A stretch of 52,899 nt of DNA from Candidatus Methylomirabilota bacterium (GCA_046726415.1 JBKPAK010000245.1:1-52899); one strand, 5' to 3'. Positions 20,058-29,301 are shown, counted from the first letter of the stretch. Numbers and translations: made by a program. Notes: generated by a model from the sequence alone, not told the origin.

Positions 20058-20327
20058 ATGAAAAAGGCCGCACGACGCGGGATGAGGGCCTACGTGCTGA
20101 TCGAGACCTCACCCGGCAAGGCCAAGGGCGTGAAACAGGCGCTGGCCAAGATCCGGGGAGCGTCGGCCACCCTGACCAACGTCGACGGCGTGACCGGACC
20201 CTACGACTTCATCGCCACCGTGGAGGGGCCGACCCTCGACGCCATCGGTCGCCTCGTCACCGAGGAGATCGGCAGTATCAGCGGCGTCACCCGCACCACC
20301 ACCTGCGTGGCCGTGGCCATCGGCTGA
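20058..20327 (+). CDS. Stand-alone Lrp/AsnC ligand-binding (RAM) domain protein without an HTH
   Basis: RAYVLIETSPGK...VTGPYDFIATVE...ISGVTRTTTC; GGAGG RBS. Confidence 0.85.
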   Translation: MKKAARRGMRAYVLIETSPGKAKGVKQALAKIRGASATLTNVDGVTGPYDFIATVEGPTLDAIGRLVTEEIGSISGVTRTTTCVAVAIG

Positions 20328-20374
20328 CCGTTGCGAATCCCCGTCGTCGGGATAGTCCCCGCGGTGTCCTGATC

Positions 20375-21325
20375 GTGGCGCGTCCTGCGCGCCCGGTTCC
20401 CGTGCTGATCTATGACGCGGACGCCGCGCGCTACGCGAAGTTGATCGAGCCGGCGCATGATGTGACGCTCCGCGTGTGCTCCACGCCCGAGGAAGCCGTG
20501 GCCGCCGTCGGCGACGCCGAGGTAGCCCTCGCCTGGAAAGTGCCTCCCGACGTCTGGCGCCACGCGAACCGGCTGCGCTGGCTACAGGTCATGGGAGCCG
20601 GTGTCGATTGGGCCCTCGTTCCCACGCTGCCTTCCCGCGTAGTCGTCACCCGCATGCCCGGCGTGTTCGGTCCCTGGATGGTCGAGTACGCGCTGGGTTG
20701 GTGCCTGTGGGTGACCCAACGCATGGCGGCCTTCAGCGAAGCGAAGCGCGAGCGGCGCTGGCTGCGCGACCTCATCCCCGAGCGCCTGGGGGGCCGTACC
20801 TTGGCCGTGGTCGGGCTCGGCGACATCGGCCGGGGCATCGCGAGAGCCGCCGGGGCCCTGGGCATGACGGTGGTCGGAGTGAGCCTCTCGGGGCGGCCGG
20901 TGCACGGCGTCCCGCACGTGTTCTCCCGAAGAGCGCTGCGCCGTGCGCTGGCCGTCGCCGACTTCGTGGTCCTCACCGTGCCGCTGACCAGCGCGACGAC
21001 GGGGATGATTGGCCGCCAGGAGTTGGCCGCCATGCGCCCCGGCGCCTGGCTGCTGAACATCGCGCGCGGTCCCGTGGTCGACGAAGACGCGCTGCTCGAA
21101 GCGTTGCAGGCTCGCCGCCTCGCCGGGGCGATCCTGGACGTCTTCGCCACCGAGCCCCTACCCGCCCATCATCCGCTCTGGCGTTTCGACAATGTCATGA
21201 TCACCCCGCACATCTCGGGACCGAGCACGCCCGAGGAGCTGACGCCCGTCTTCAACGGCAATCTGGCCCGCTACTTGGCCGGGCGACCTCTTCACCACGT
21301 GGTGGACCGAAGGCGAGAATACTGA
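20375..21325 (+). CDS. D-2-hydroxyacid dehydrogenase (GhrA/Ddh-like)
   Basis: GAGVD, GLGDIG, NIARG, DVFATEPL and ITPHISG. Confidence 0.92.
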   Translation: MARPARPVPVLIYDADAARYAKLIEPAHDVTLRVCSTPEEAVAAVGDAEVALAWKVPPDVWRHANRLRWLQVMGAGVDWALVPTLPSRVVVTRMPGVFGPWMVEYALGWCLWVTQRMAAFSEAKRERRWLRDLIPERLGGRTLAVVGLGDIGRGIARAAGALGMTVVGVSLSGRPVHGVPHVFSRRALRRALAVADFVVLTVPLTSATTGMIGRQELAAMRPGAWLLNIARGPVVDEDALLEALQARRLAGAILDVFATEPLPAHHPLWRFDNVMITPHISGPSTPEELTPVFNGNLARYLAGRPLHHVVDRRREY

Positions 21326-21374
21326 GCGATGCCGTCCCGGGCACCGAGCGCCCCGCCGTCCGGCCGTTTCCCCA

Positions 21375-22091
21375 TCAGCCGCGGATGGTTCTGAGGACGT
21401 CCTCGTTCTGGAGGATCTCGCGGGGATGGCCCTCGAAGATGATCTCGCCGCGGTCGATGGCGTAGAGGCGGTCAGCCACCCGGCTGGCGTTGGTGAGGTT
21501 GGACTCCGCGATGAGGACGGAGATCCCCATGCCCTTGATCACCTTGACCGCCTCGATGAACCGGGTCACCACCACCGGGGCCAGTCCCTCGAAAGGCTCG
21601 TCGAGCAGGAGCACCGACGGGGACAAGGTCATGGCGCGCGTGATGGCCACCATCTTCTTCTGACCGCCACTGAGGTGCAGGCCGCGCCGCGTGAGAAAGC
21701 TCCGCACCTCAGGAAAAACGCCGAAGACCTTCTCGTCAGGGCCCGTCGCTCCGGCCGGGCCACGGGACAGCCAGTCCGTGATCTGAAAGTTCTCCTCGAC
21801 GGTGAGGTCGGGGAAGATCCCGCAATCCTCGGGGGCGTAGCCGATACCGAGGCGGGCCCGCCGATGGGCGGACAGCCGCGTGATATCCCCGCCCCGGAAA
21901 CGGATCTGCCCGGCCTGCGCGGCCAGCAGCCCGATTATGCTGTCGATGGTGGTCGTCTTCCCGGCTCCATTGCGGCCGACCAGGCACACCGCCTCCCCAT
22001 CCTCGACGCGCAGGGAGACATGGCGGAGAATCTGGGCCTGACCCCGATAGGTGACCACGCCCTCGAGCTGGAGCACGGGGGGCGTCGTCAC
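21375..22091 (-). CDS. LIV-type ABC ATPase (LivF-like)
   Basis: GRNGAGKT, LSGGQ and LLLDEPFEGLAP. Confidence 0.93.
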   Translation of the reverse strand: MTTPPVLQLEGVVTYRGQAQILRHVSLRVEDGEAVCLVGRNGAGKTTTIDSIIGLLAAQAGQIRFRGGDITRLSAHRRARLGIGYAPEDCGIFPDLTVEENFQITDWLSRGPAGATGPDEKVFGVFPEVRSFLTRRGLHLSGGQKKMVAITRAMTLSPSVLLLDEPFEGLAPVVVTRFIEAVKVIKGMGISVLIAESNLTNASRVADRLYAIDRGEIIFEGHPREILQNEDVLRTIRG

Positions 22092-22837
22092 GGGGTGGCC
22101 CCGATGAGGGTGGTGATCACCTGCTCGTTCCGGCGGATCTCCTCGGGGGACCCATCGGCCAGGATCGTCCCCTGGTGCATGGCCACGATGCGGTCGGCGT
22201 AGCTGAACACCACGTCCATATCGTGCTCGATGATGGCCGCCGAGATCCGCTCCTGGCGGACGACCGAGGTGATGATGTCCATGATCGGCGCCTTCTCCCG
22301 GGTGCTCACTCCGCTGGTGGGCTCGTCGAGGAAGAGCAGCCGGGGCCGGAGCGCGTAGGCCACCGCCACGTCGAGCAGCTTTCGTTCACCCTGGGCCAGA
22401 CCACCCGCCAGCATCCTGGCCTTTGCCGCCAGCCCGAACAGGTGGAGCACCTCCTGGGCTTCCTGCCACACCGCGCGGTCCGTCTCGGCCAGGCGCATGA
22501 GCTGCCGGGTCTTGCCGCCTCGCGAGAAGATCGACAGGGCCACGTTATCGAGGGCGGTCAGCTGATCGAAGAGGTTGACCAACTGGAAGCTGCGGGCGAT
22601 GCCGGCCTTGATGCGATCGGGCACGGACTGGGCGGTCACGTCGACGTCCCGGAAGACGATGCTCCCGCCATCCGGACGCAGGAGACCGCTGATCACGTTG
22701 ACCAGAGTCGTCTTGCCCGCCCCGTTCGAGCCGATGAGGGCCAGCACCTCGGCCTCCTCGACGCGAAAGTCCACGTGGTCGACGGCGTGGGTGTCGCCGA
22801 AGTACTTCACGAGGTCCTTCGTGTCCAGGAGACTCAC
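22088..22837 (-). CDS. LIV-type ABC ATPase (LivG-like)
   Basis: GSNGAGKTT, GIARSFQ, LDEPTSG and IEHDMD. Confidence 0.93.
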   Translation of the reverse strand: MSLLDTKDLVKYFGDTHAVDHVDFRVEEAEVLALIGSNGAGKTTLVNVISGLLRPDGGSIVFRDVDVTAQSVPDRIKAGIARSFQLVNLFDQLTALDNVALSIFSRGGKTRQLMRLAETDRAVWQEAQEVLHLFGLAAKARMLAGGLAQGERKLLDVAVAYALRPRLLFLDEPTSGVSTREKAPIMDIITSVVRQERISAAIIEHDMDVVFSYADRIVAMHQGTILADGSPEEIRRNEQVITTLIGATP

Positions 22838-22869
22838 CTCGGCCCGTCCCTCGTGTCCAGGCGGCTCAC
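22814..22869 (-). repeat. 32-bp-period duplication of the livG-like start, creating an 11-aa bridging mini-ORF (22834-22869)
   Basis: gtccttcgtgtccaggagactcac (22814) versus gtccctcgtgtccaggcggctcac (22846), 21/24 identical. Confidence 0.8.
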
Positions 22870-22870
22870 G

Positions 22871-23905
22871 TCAGCCAGCTCTCCGCGCCCGGGCCAGCAG
22901 GCGGCCCGCGGTGCCGACGACCCCGGTGGGCAGGGAGAGCACGAGAATGACCAGCACGGCCCCGAGCAGGAGCTGCCAGTACACGGTGAAGCCCACGGCG
23001 TAGGTCTTGAGGTAGTTGAAGACGATGGCGCCCACGATGGGACCACCGAACGAGCGAAAGCCGCCCAGCACGGTCATGAACACGAGTTCACCGGAGAAGG
23101 GCCAGTAGAGCACCTCGGGCGTGGTGAGCCCGTTGAGGGGCACCCACAGGGCCCCGGCCAGCCCGGTGAACACGCCGGACACCAGGAAGGCCACCCATCG
23201 GTAGTGCCAGACGTGGATGCCCACGAACTCCGCGCGCGTCTCGTTGTCGCGGATGGCCTGCAGGGCCTTGCCGAAGGGCGAGTTGACGATGATCCACATC
23301 ACGGCCACGCAGACGAAGAAGATCACCAGCACGTAGTAGTAGTACGCGTGCGACAGGAAATAGATCTTGTCGCCCTTCCCAGTGACCACCCCGAGCAGGG
23401 TCGGGGTGGGGACGCGCAAGCCGTCCGTGCCTCCCGTCACCCAGAAGAACTTGAAGGCCAGGCTCCACAACACCTGGGAGAGGGCCAGGGTGAGGATGCC
23501 GAAGAAGATCCGCGTATAGCGCACGCACACGAAGCCGAAGATGGCCGTGATCACCACGGAGCCCACCATGGCGCCCACCACGAACAGCTCCATGGAGCTG
23601 ACGCCCAGGTACTTCACCATGAGGGCGACCATGTAGGCCCCCACCCCGAAGTAGGCGGAGTGGCCGAACGAGAGCAGGCCGGTATAGCCCAGCAAGAGAT
23701 TGAACCCGAGGGCGGCGATCCCCATGATCAGCCCGTAGGCGAGGAGGATCGTCTGGTACTGATCGATGACCAACGGCAGCAGGAGCAGGACGACGGCCAC
23801 CGGCACTGCCCAGGTCAGCACGCGCGCGGGAGAGCGCGTGGCCGGCGCGATGGCCAGGGCGCTGGCTTGGCGCTGCTCCCGCGTCGAGGTCGGGGCGGCG
23901 CTCAT
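22871..23905 (-). CDS. LIV-type ABC permease (LivM-like)
   Basis: LLGYTGLLSFGHSAYFGVGAY, SPFGKALQAIRDNE and VLGG. ATG 23905 overlaps the LivH stop. Confidence 0.93.
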   Translation of the reverse strand: MSAAPTSTREQRQASALAIAPATRSPARVLTWAVPVAVVLLLLPLVIDQYQTILLAYGLIMGIAALGFNLLLGYTGLLSFGHSAYFGVGAYMVALMVKYLGVSSMELFVVGAMVGSVVITAIFGFVCVRYTRIFFGILTLALSQVLWSLAFKFFWVTGGTDGLRVPTPTLLGVVTGKGDKIYFLSHAYYYYVLVIFFVCVAVMWIIVNSPFGKALQAIRDNETRAEFVGIHVWHYRWVAFLVSGVFTGLAGALWVPLNGLTTPEVLYWPFSGELVFMTVLGGFRSFGGPIVGAIVFNYLKTYAVGFTVYWQLLLGAVLVILVLSLPTGVVGTAGRLLARARRAG

Positions 23906-24777
23906 GCGCGTCCGAACAGCCCGGCCGGCCGCATGAGCAGCACGGCGGTGGCCATCAGATAGAGCACGGCCAGTTCGATCTCGGGGAAGAGCGCGATCCC
24001 CGCCTCGCGGACGACCCCGACGATCAGCGCGCCCACCAGCGCGCCCTCCAGGCTCCCGAGGCCACCGATGACGACCACGATGAACGACAGGACCAGCGCG
24101 TCGATCCCCATGCCGAGAACGGCCGACTGACTCGGCACGATGATGGCTCCGCCCAGACCGGCCATCGCGCAGCCGAGGGTAAAGGCCTGGACGTACACGC
24201 GGTTCACGTCCACGCCGAGGGCGGATGCCATCCGCATGTTCTGCGAAGTGGCGCGCAGGACGACGCCGAAGCGAGTCCGATAAATGAACGCCCACAGAAA
24301 GGCGGCGGCCGCCCCGCCCACCGCGATGACCAGCAGGTTATAGTTCGGATAGATGGCGCCCCGGATCGAGACGCTGCCCATCACGTCGGCCAGCACGTTG
24401 GCGGCCAGCGGGTAGGGCCCCCACACCAAGCGCAGGACGTCCTCCAGGATCATCAGCAACCCAAAGGTGACGAGGAGCTGGTACTCCTCGGCGCGCCGGT
24501 AGAAGGGGCGGAGCAACGTCGGCTCCAGGATGGCCCCCAGGGCCGCCGCGGCCAGGGCGCCGGCGGGGATGAGCAGATAGATCAGGCCGATAGGCGCCGT
24601 AGCCAGCAGGCCCACCGACCAGGCCGTCACGTAGGCGCCGAAAGCATACAGGTTGCCGTGGGCGAGGTTGACGATGCGCATCACCCCGTAGATGAGGCTG
24701 AGGCCACCGGCGATGAGGAAGAGGACGGAGGCGTAGAGGAGCGCATTGAGGACGTGGATCAGAAAGAAGTCCATCAA
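23902..24777 (-). CDS. LIV-type ABC permease (LivH-like)
   Basis: GLSLIYGVMRIVNLAHG, TRFGVVLRA and VVIGGLGS. Confidence 0.93.
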   Translation of the reverse strand: MMDFFLIHVLNALLYASVLFLIAGGLSLIYGVMRIVNLAHGNLYAFGAYVTAWSVGLLATAPIGLIYLLIPAGALAAAALGAILEPTLLRPFYRRAEEYQLLVTFGLLMILEDVLRLVWGPYPLAANVLADVMGSVSIRGAIYPNYNLLVIAVGGAAAAFLWAFIYRTRFGVVLRATSQNMRMASALGVDVNRVYVQAFTLGCAMAGLGGAIIVPSQSAVLGMGIDALVLSFIVVVIGGLGSLEGALVGALIVGVVREAGIALFPEIELAVLYLMATAVLLMRPAGLFGRA

Positions 24778-27071
24778 TCGCCTGCGCGATACGGAACCAC
24801 CCGCACCTCCGGATTCACGAGGTTTCCGTTCAGGGCCAGCACCACCATCACCCGATAGCTGCCCGGCTTGAGCCGGCCCCGCAGATCGAGCACCAGGGTG
24901 TCGCCGTCCAGCTCCTGCGAGGTCCCCACCGCCGCCACCTCGCCGTCCGGTCCCACCGCCGCGAAGTGGATCACCGGCGCGGGCTCCTGGGCGATCTCCC
25001 CGGCCGGCGGGCGCCGGAACGGTTCGCGCACGATCTTATACGATCGCTCGAACTTCGCGATGCGTTCGACGTCGGCCTCGATCTCGATCCGCTCCCCACG
25101 CTGCTTGCTGCGGGCCACGAAGGCTCGCACCGGAATGGCGAAGCGGTCGAACGCGCCGACGCCGAGCGGGTACGAGAAGTCGCGGAACACCGCCAGCACC
25201 ACGGCGTCGGGCGACCAGCGGGCGAGCTGATAGGGCCCGTTGGTCAGGAGCAGGTGTCCGTGCTTGCGGGCGAAGCGCTTGAGCGACGCCCAGCGCTGTC
25301 GCGCCTGATCGACCGTTACCAACCCGCGCAGGGCATCCGGTACCCACGCGCGGCGCTCGTAGCCATCGGCCAGCGCGACCATCGCCTCCCGCAGCGCGCG
25401 GTCGCGCACGAGGTCGAGCCACGGGATGCCGCGACGCTTGGCCTCCGGCTCCGAGAACGCGGCGTGGCCGCGGCCCACAGCCTCCTCCATGGCCACCGTG
25501 AGCTGCCACGGAAGCGCGCTCCAGGGAGGAGCCACCGTCGGCGTCTCCGCGGGATCGAGCGATTCCTTCAGGTAGATCTCGATCTGGGGAAATTCGTAGA
25601 CGACCTGGAGGTCGGCGAAGACCTTGATCTCGGTATCCGTCCTTCCGACCTTGATGCCGGCCAGGCGGGTGCGAAGCGACGCCGTGGCGCGATCGATGGC
25701 GGGATCCTTCCCACTCCAGCGATCCGCGAAGACGAACGGATAAAGGAGGTCAGCCGCGGTCATCTTGAGCCCGTCGTGGAAGGTCGACGCGAGGACGCGA
25801 TAGAGGATCCGCGTCTTCGCCATCGTTCCCGGCCCCACCGGCCGCAGCACCCCGTGGCCGTGTTCAGGACGCAGGGCATCCGAGGGTACCTCGATGGGCG
25901 ACTGGGGGGCGTGTACGGACAGCGCACGAACGCGGTTGGCCACCCAATCGCTCCCACGCGGCGAGGGCAGATACGCCGGATCGCCCGCCGCCCACCAGAG
26001 GAGGCCACCCGTCTCGTCGCCGAATCCTCCCATGGGATTCCAGGCGCTCGTGGCCTTGCCCTCCGTGCCCAGCTGGAGCCAGCCGTTCCAGGGAAAGTCC
26101 TTCAACTTGACGGTGCGCAGGAACATCGCCGAGCCCAGGCCGGCCTGGGCATCGTAGGCGACGTTCTCCACCCCATCGGAATAGTCGGTGCTGTACGCTT
26201 GGCGCTTCAGCGTGTAGCCGAGGGCGACCCGGCGGCAGCCGCGCGTGAGCAGTGAGACCAGCCGGCGTTCGGCGCGAGCCCGCTCTACCGCGCTCGGCGC
26301 GTCGCCGCCGGTACGGCTGGCCAGCGCCTCGTCGATCTGGCGCCGCACGGCCGAATCGGTCACGGCGCCGGCCATCAAGAGATAGGCGTGGAACCACCCC
26401 TCTTTCATCCAGGGCGGGCCCGTCCACCCGTCGAGCCGGGTGGTCTGCGAGGCCGTGAGGTCGCGCAGCGGGATCTCCTCCAGGAGGGCATCCGCCTCCC
26501 TCTCGACGACGTGCAGGCCCGCCGCGCGCAGTCGCTCGGCGAGCTTGCCCTTCGCCCGCAGCCGCGGGGCGGGGCCCGCCGGCTCGCCGTCGATCCGCTT
26601 GCGGGCGGCGCCGGCCAGATCGGCGTGCCTGATGTAGTCGCCGTGATACGGCGTCACCGGATAGGGATGGGCGATCACCTCCTGCTGGCCCGCCGAGAGC
26701 GCCCGCAGCACACGGCCGGCGCCGGCGCAGCGCGCCGCGGTGTCGGCGTAGGGACCAGCGCCCCGTTCGAACGTCAGGACCACCCACGAGCCGAACGACG
26801 GCGCATACGTCACGTGCGCCGGCGGCGCGGTCGTGGCGAAAGGATCTGATCCCACGTACGCGTGGAGCGTCTTCTTTTCGAGCTGTCGCGCCGCGGCTCT
26901 CGGGTCGAGGACGGTCAGCTTGATCTCTTGTGGATAGAACGAGGGATAGAAGGACAGCTCATGGCCGGCGGTGCTCCCACCGGCCGCGAGGAGGCCGACG
27001 GCGATCGCGAGCGCGATGGCTGGAACACGGCGCTTGATCGCGAGCGCGATGGCTGGAGCGAGACGCCTCAT
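24774..27071 (-). CDS. Large exported hypothetical protein with family-5 solute-binding-protein-like motifs
   Basis: Signal peptide. FHDGLKMTAADL and NGPYQLARW resemble the DppA/OppA motifs FHDGxPxTAxDV and GTGPY. The stop overlaps the livH-like start. Confidence 0.7.
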   Translation of the reverse strand: MRRLAPAIALAIKRRVPAIALAIAVGLLAAGGSTAGHELSFYPSFYPQEIKLTVLDPRAAARQLEKKTLHAYVGSDPFATTAPPAHVTYAPSFGSWVVLTFERGAGPYADTAARCAGAGRVLRALSAGQQEVIAHPYPVTPYHGDYIRHADLAGAARKRIDGEPAGPAPRLRAKGKLAERLRAAGLHVVEREADALLEEIPLRDLTASQTTRLDGWTGPPWMKEGWFHAYLLMAGAVTDSAVRRQIDEALASRTGGDAPSAVERARAERRLVSLLTRGCRRVALGYTLKRQAYSTDYSDGVENVAYDAQAGLGSAMFLRTVKLKDFPWNGWLQLGTEGKATSAWNPMGGFGDETGGLLWWAAGDPAYLPSPRGSDWVANRVRALSVHAPQSPIEVPSDALRPEHGHGVLRPVGPGTMAKTRILYRVLASTFHDGLKMTAADLLYPFVFADRWSGKDPAIDRATASLRTRLAGIKVGRTDTEIKVFADLQVVYEFPQIEIYLKESLDPAETPTVAPPWSALPWQLTVAMEEAVGRGHAAFSEPEAKRRGIPWLDLVRDRALREAMVALADGYERRAWVPDALRGLVTVDQARQRWASLKRFARKHGHLLLTNGPYQLARWSPDAVVLAVFRDFSYPLGVGAFDRFAIPVRAFVARSKQRGERIEIEADVERIAKFERSYKIVREPFRRPPAGEIAQEPAPVIHFAAVGPDGEVAAVGTSQELDGDTLVLDLRGRLKPGSYRVMVVLALNGNLVNPEVRVVPYRAGD
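27003..27057. repeat. 22-bp direct repeat with period 33, duplicating part of a signal peptide (PAIALAI twice)
   Basis: gatcgcgagcgcgatggctgga at 27003 and 27036. Confidence 0.85.
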
Positions 27072-27085
27072 GGACGGCGATGAGC

Positions 27086-27115
27086 GGGGCGAGAGGGGCG
27101 ACGCTCCCTCGCCCC
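27086..27115. other. GC-rich hairpin after the binding-protein gene (probable mRNA stabiliser or REP-like element)
   Basis: GGGGCGAG...CTCGCCCC arms in the 54-bp intergenic gap. Confidence 0.5.
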
Positions 27116-27125
27116 AGAGCTGGTG

Positions 27126-28493
27126 CTACGCCTTGACGCGAGGCCAGGTCTTGTCGATCCAGGTGAAAGTCGAGGTCGGATCGCCCTTGGGCCAGCCTGG
27201 AGGCGCGGTGATGTTTCGGATGGGGATGGTGATGATCCGGTCCGGATCGAGTACGGGGAACGGATACTCAGGCACGTTCTTGCTGAAGCCGGTCACCGCG
27301 TCCTTATAGCCCTGGTGGATATCCGGCCGGATGTACACGTAACCCGCCGGCCCGGCGATCATCATGCCCTCTAGCATGGCAATCACCGCCTCGTCTTCGG
27401 GCCAGCCGCCGACCAGCTTGTTGGCCTTCTCGATGGCGGCCTTGAGCATGTAGGTGGCGGTGTACCCGCCTTCCCCCTGGAAGTTCGGATACTCGTTGAA
27501 GCGCTTGTGGTACCGCTCCACGAACGTCTTGTTGTAGGGCCAGCGGTCGCCCCCGGGGTAGGTGAAGTGGTAGTTGGAGTGCACGCCAGCGATGATGCCT
27601 TCCGGGTGGTCCTTGCCGATGGCATGAGGGGCCACCCCGAAGGCGATCATGCTGGCGACCTTCATCTTGTCGAACATGCCGTAGCGGAGGGCCTGCTTGT
27701 AGAAGGCCACGTAGTCGCCACCCCACACCGAGGTGGCCAGGAGATCCGGCTTGGCCGCGATGGTCTTGGTGATGTGCGAGCTGAAATCGGTGGTCCCCAG
27801 CTTCGGCCACGCCTCGGAGATCGTCTCTGCCTGCGGCATCATCTTCTTCATCACGATGTTGAAATGATCGAAGGCGTTGCGCCCGTAGGAATAGTCTGGA
27901 TGGATGTGGGCGATGCGCTTGGCCTTGGGCCACGTCATGGCCGCTGCCACCGCGCAGGTCACGCCGTCCGCCGACTGCTGGTTGGTAAGCCGGAAGACGT
28001 AGTGGGGATTGGGCACCGCCTTGTCGAACAGGAAGTCGGTGCACCCGTCGATGAACATGGTCAGCACCTTCAGCTCCTCGGCCACCGGCCCCAGGGCCGG
28101 GGTGTTGCCGCTGGACGTGATCCCGCAGAAGAGGTCGATCTTCTCGGAGAGCTTGAGGCGACGGAGCTCCTTGACGTTGGCATCCGTCCCCGCGTTCTCG
28201 TCGGCTTTGAGGATCTCGATCTTGCGCTTGCCCAGGAGCCCTCCCGCCGCGTTGATCTCCTCGGCGGCCAAGAGCTGCCCCTTGTACATGGGCTCGCCGA
28301 GGACGGCGGCCGGTCCGGTGAAGAAGGTCATGTGGCCAATCTTGTACGGCTGGTCGGGGATGGTGCCCTTGGGCCGGTCCTGCGCGTGGGTCACGCCCAC
28401 CACGGGGACGGTACCCGCCGAGGCGGAGAGGGCGGCGCCCACGCTGACACCCAGCCGGTTCAGAAAGTCGCGACGATTGAACTCACTTGCCAT
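27126..28493 (-). CDS. LivK-like ABC substrate-binding protein with a Tat signal
   Basis: MASEFNRRDFL twin-arginine signal, AEEINAAGGLLG, PDYSYG and GTTDFSSHI; GGAGG RBS. Confidence 0.92.
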   Translation of the reverse strand: MASEFNRRDFLNRLGVSVGAALSASAGTVPVVGVTHAQDRPKGTIPDQPYKIGHMTFFTGPAAVLGEPMYKGQLLAAEEINAAGGLLGKRKIEILKADENAGTDANVKELRRLKLSEKIDLFCGITSSGNTPALGPVAEELKVLTMFIDGCTDFLFDKAVPNPHYVFRLTNQQSADGVTCAVAAAMTWPKAKRIAHIHPDYSYGRNAFDHFNIVMKKMMPQAETISEAWPKLGTTDFSSHITKTIAAKPDLLATSVWGGDYVAFYKQALRYGMFDKMKVASMIAFGVAPHAIGKDHPEGIIAGVHSNYHFTYPGGDRWPYNKTFVERYHKRFNEYPNFQGEGGYTATYMLKAAIEKANKLVGGWPEDEAVIAMLEGMMIAGPAGYVYIRPDIHQGYKDAVTGFSKNVPEYPFPVLDPDRIITIPIRNITAPPGWPKGDPTSTFTWIDKTWPRVKA

Positions 28494-28611
28494 CGGCACC
28501 CCTCCATTGGGTTTCGCGTTCAGTTTCGAACGTCTCTGTCCGGCGTCCAGGTGGTCGGACCATACGAGTTGCGCAGGCTGTAACATGTGAGTCACGGGAA
28601 GTCAACCTGCG

Positions 28612-29292
28612 ATGACCTTGCTGAGCACTGTTGCCTCCGCCTGCAGGGCGGTGGCGGTCGCGATCGGCGCACGGCCCCGACTCTTCTTCGCGGTGACGGT
28701 CGGCGTTGCGGGTCTCAGCATCATGCTACCCCCGCTTCTCCTCTCCGCGGTCAGGGCGCCGTGGACGTACTTCACCTTCAACCCTTGGCTCAAGAACCTG
28801 CCCGCATATGTCACCTCCGACAGGCTTCTCGGTGAGAAGCTCGACTTCGTGTCTCGCGTCGCGCTGTTTTGGTTCTCGGCCGACGGCTCCCGCGGCGCTC
28901 CCGAGTGGGGCTTCGCCGTCGACTCCGTCGACCTCCTCCGGATGGTCGTGACCGGCCTTCTGGTCAGCACCTACTTCTGCCTTCTTCTGTACCTGCGGGA
29001 CTCCGGGCGTCCGCCCCTCCGCGGACTCTGCCACAATCGAGCCGGGGGCACCCTGGGCGCGCTGGCCGGGGTCGTCGGACTCTCCACCGGCCCCTGTAGC
29101 GTGATCGGGTGCGGGGCGCCGGTGCTGCCGGTCGTCGGTCTGGCCTTCGCGGGTTTGTCCAGCGGCACCCTGGCACTTCTGTCAGGGCTCTCGCGCGTGA
29201 TGGCCGTGGTGATCACAACTGCGCTGGTGATGGGCGTTGCCTACCTCGGCTGGCGAGCCTCCTCGCGGGAAGGCCACCTCCGCGCACCTTGA
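28612..29292 (+). CDS. Hypothetical multi-pass membrane protein with a GPCSVIGC motif
   Basis: Several hydrophobic helices, GC-rich third codon positions, and it fills the gap divergent from the ABC operon. Confidence 0.7.
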   Translation: MTLLSTVASACRAVAVAIGARPRLFFAVTVGVAGLSIMLPPLLLSAVRAPWTYFTFNPWLKNLPAYVTSDRLLGEKLDFVSRVALFWFSADGSRGAPEWGFAVDSVDLLRMVVTGLLVSTYFCLLLYLRDSGRPPLRGLCHNRAGGTLGALAGVVGLSTGPCSVIGCGAPVLPVVGLAFAGLSSGTLALLSGLSRVMAVVITTALVMGVAYLGWRASSREGHLRAP

Positions 29293-29301
29293 CGCTGAAC
29301 C

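Noticed and set aside
19774..20112. Cys-rich minus-strand ORF through the 32-bp array
   Set aside because: It is an artefact of translating the repeat and overlaps two plus-strand genes
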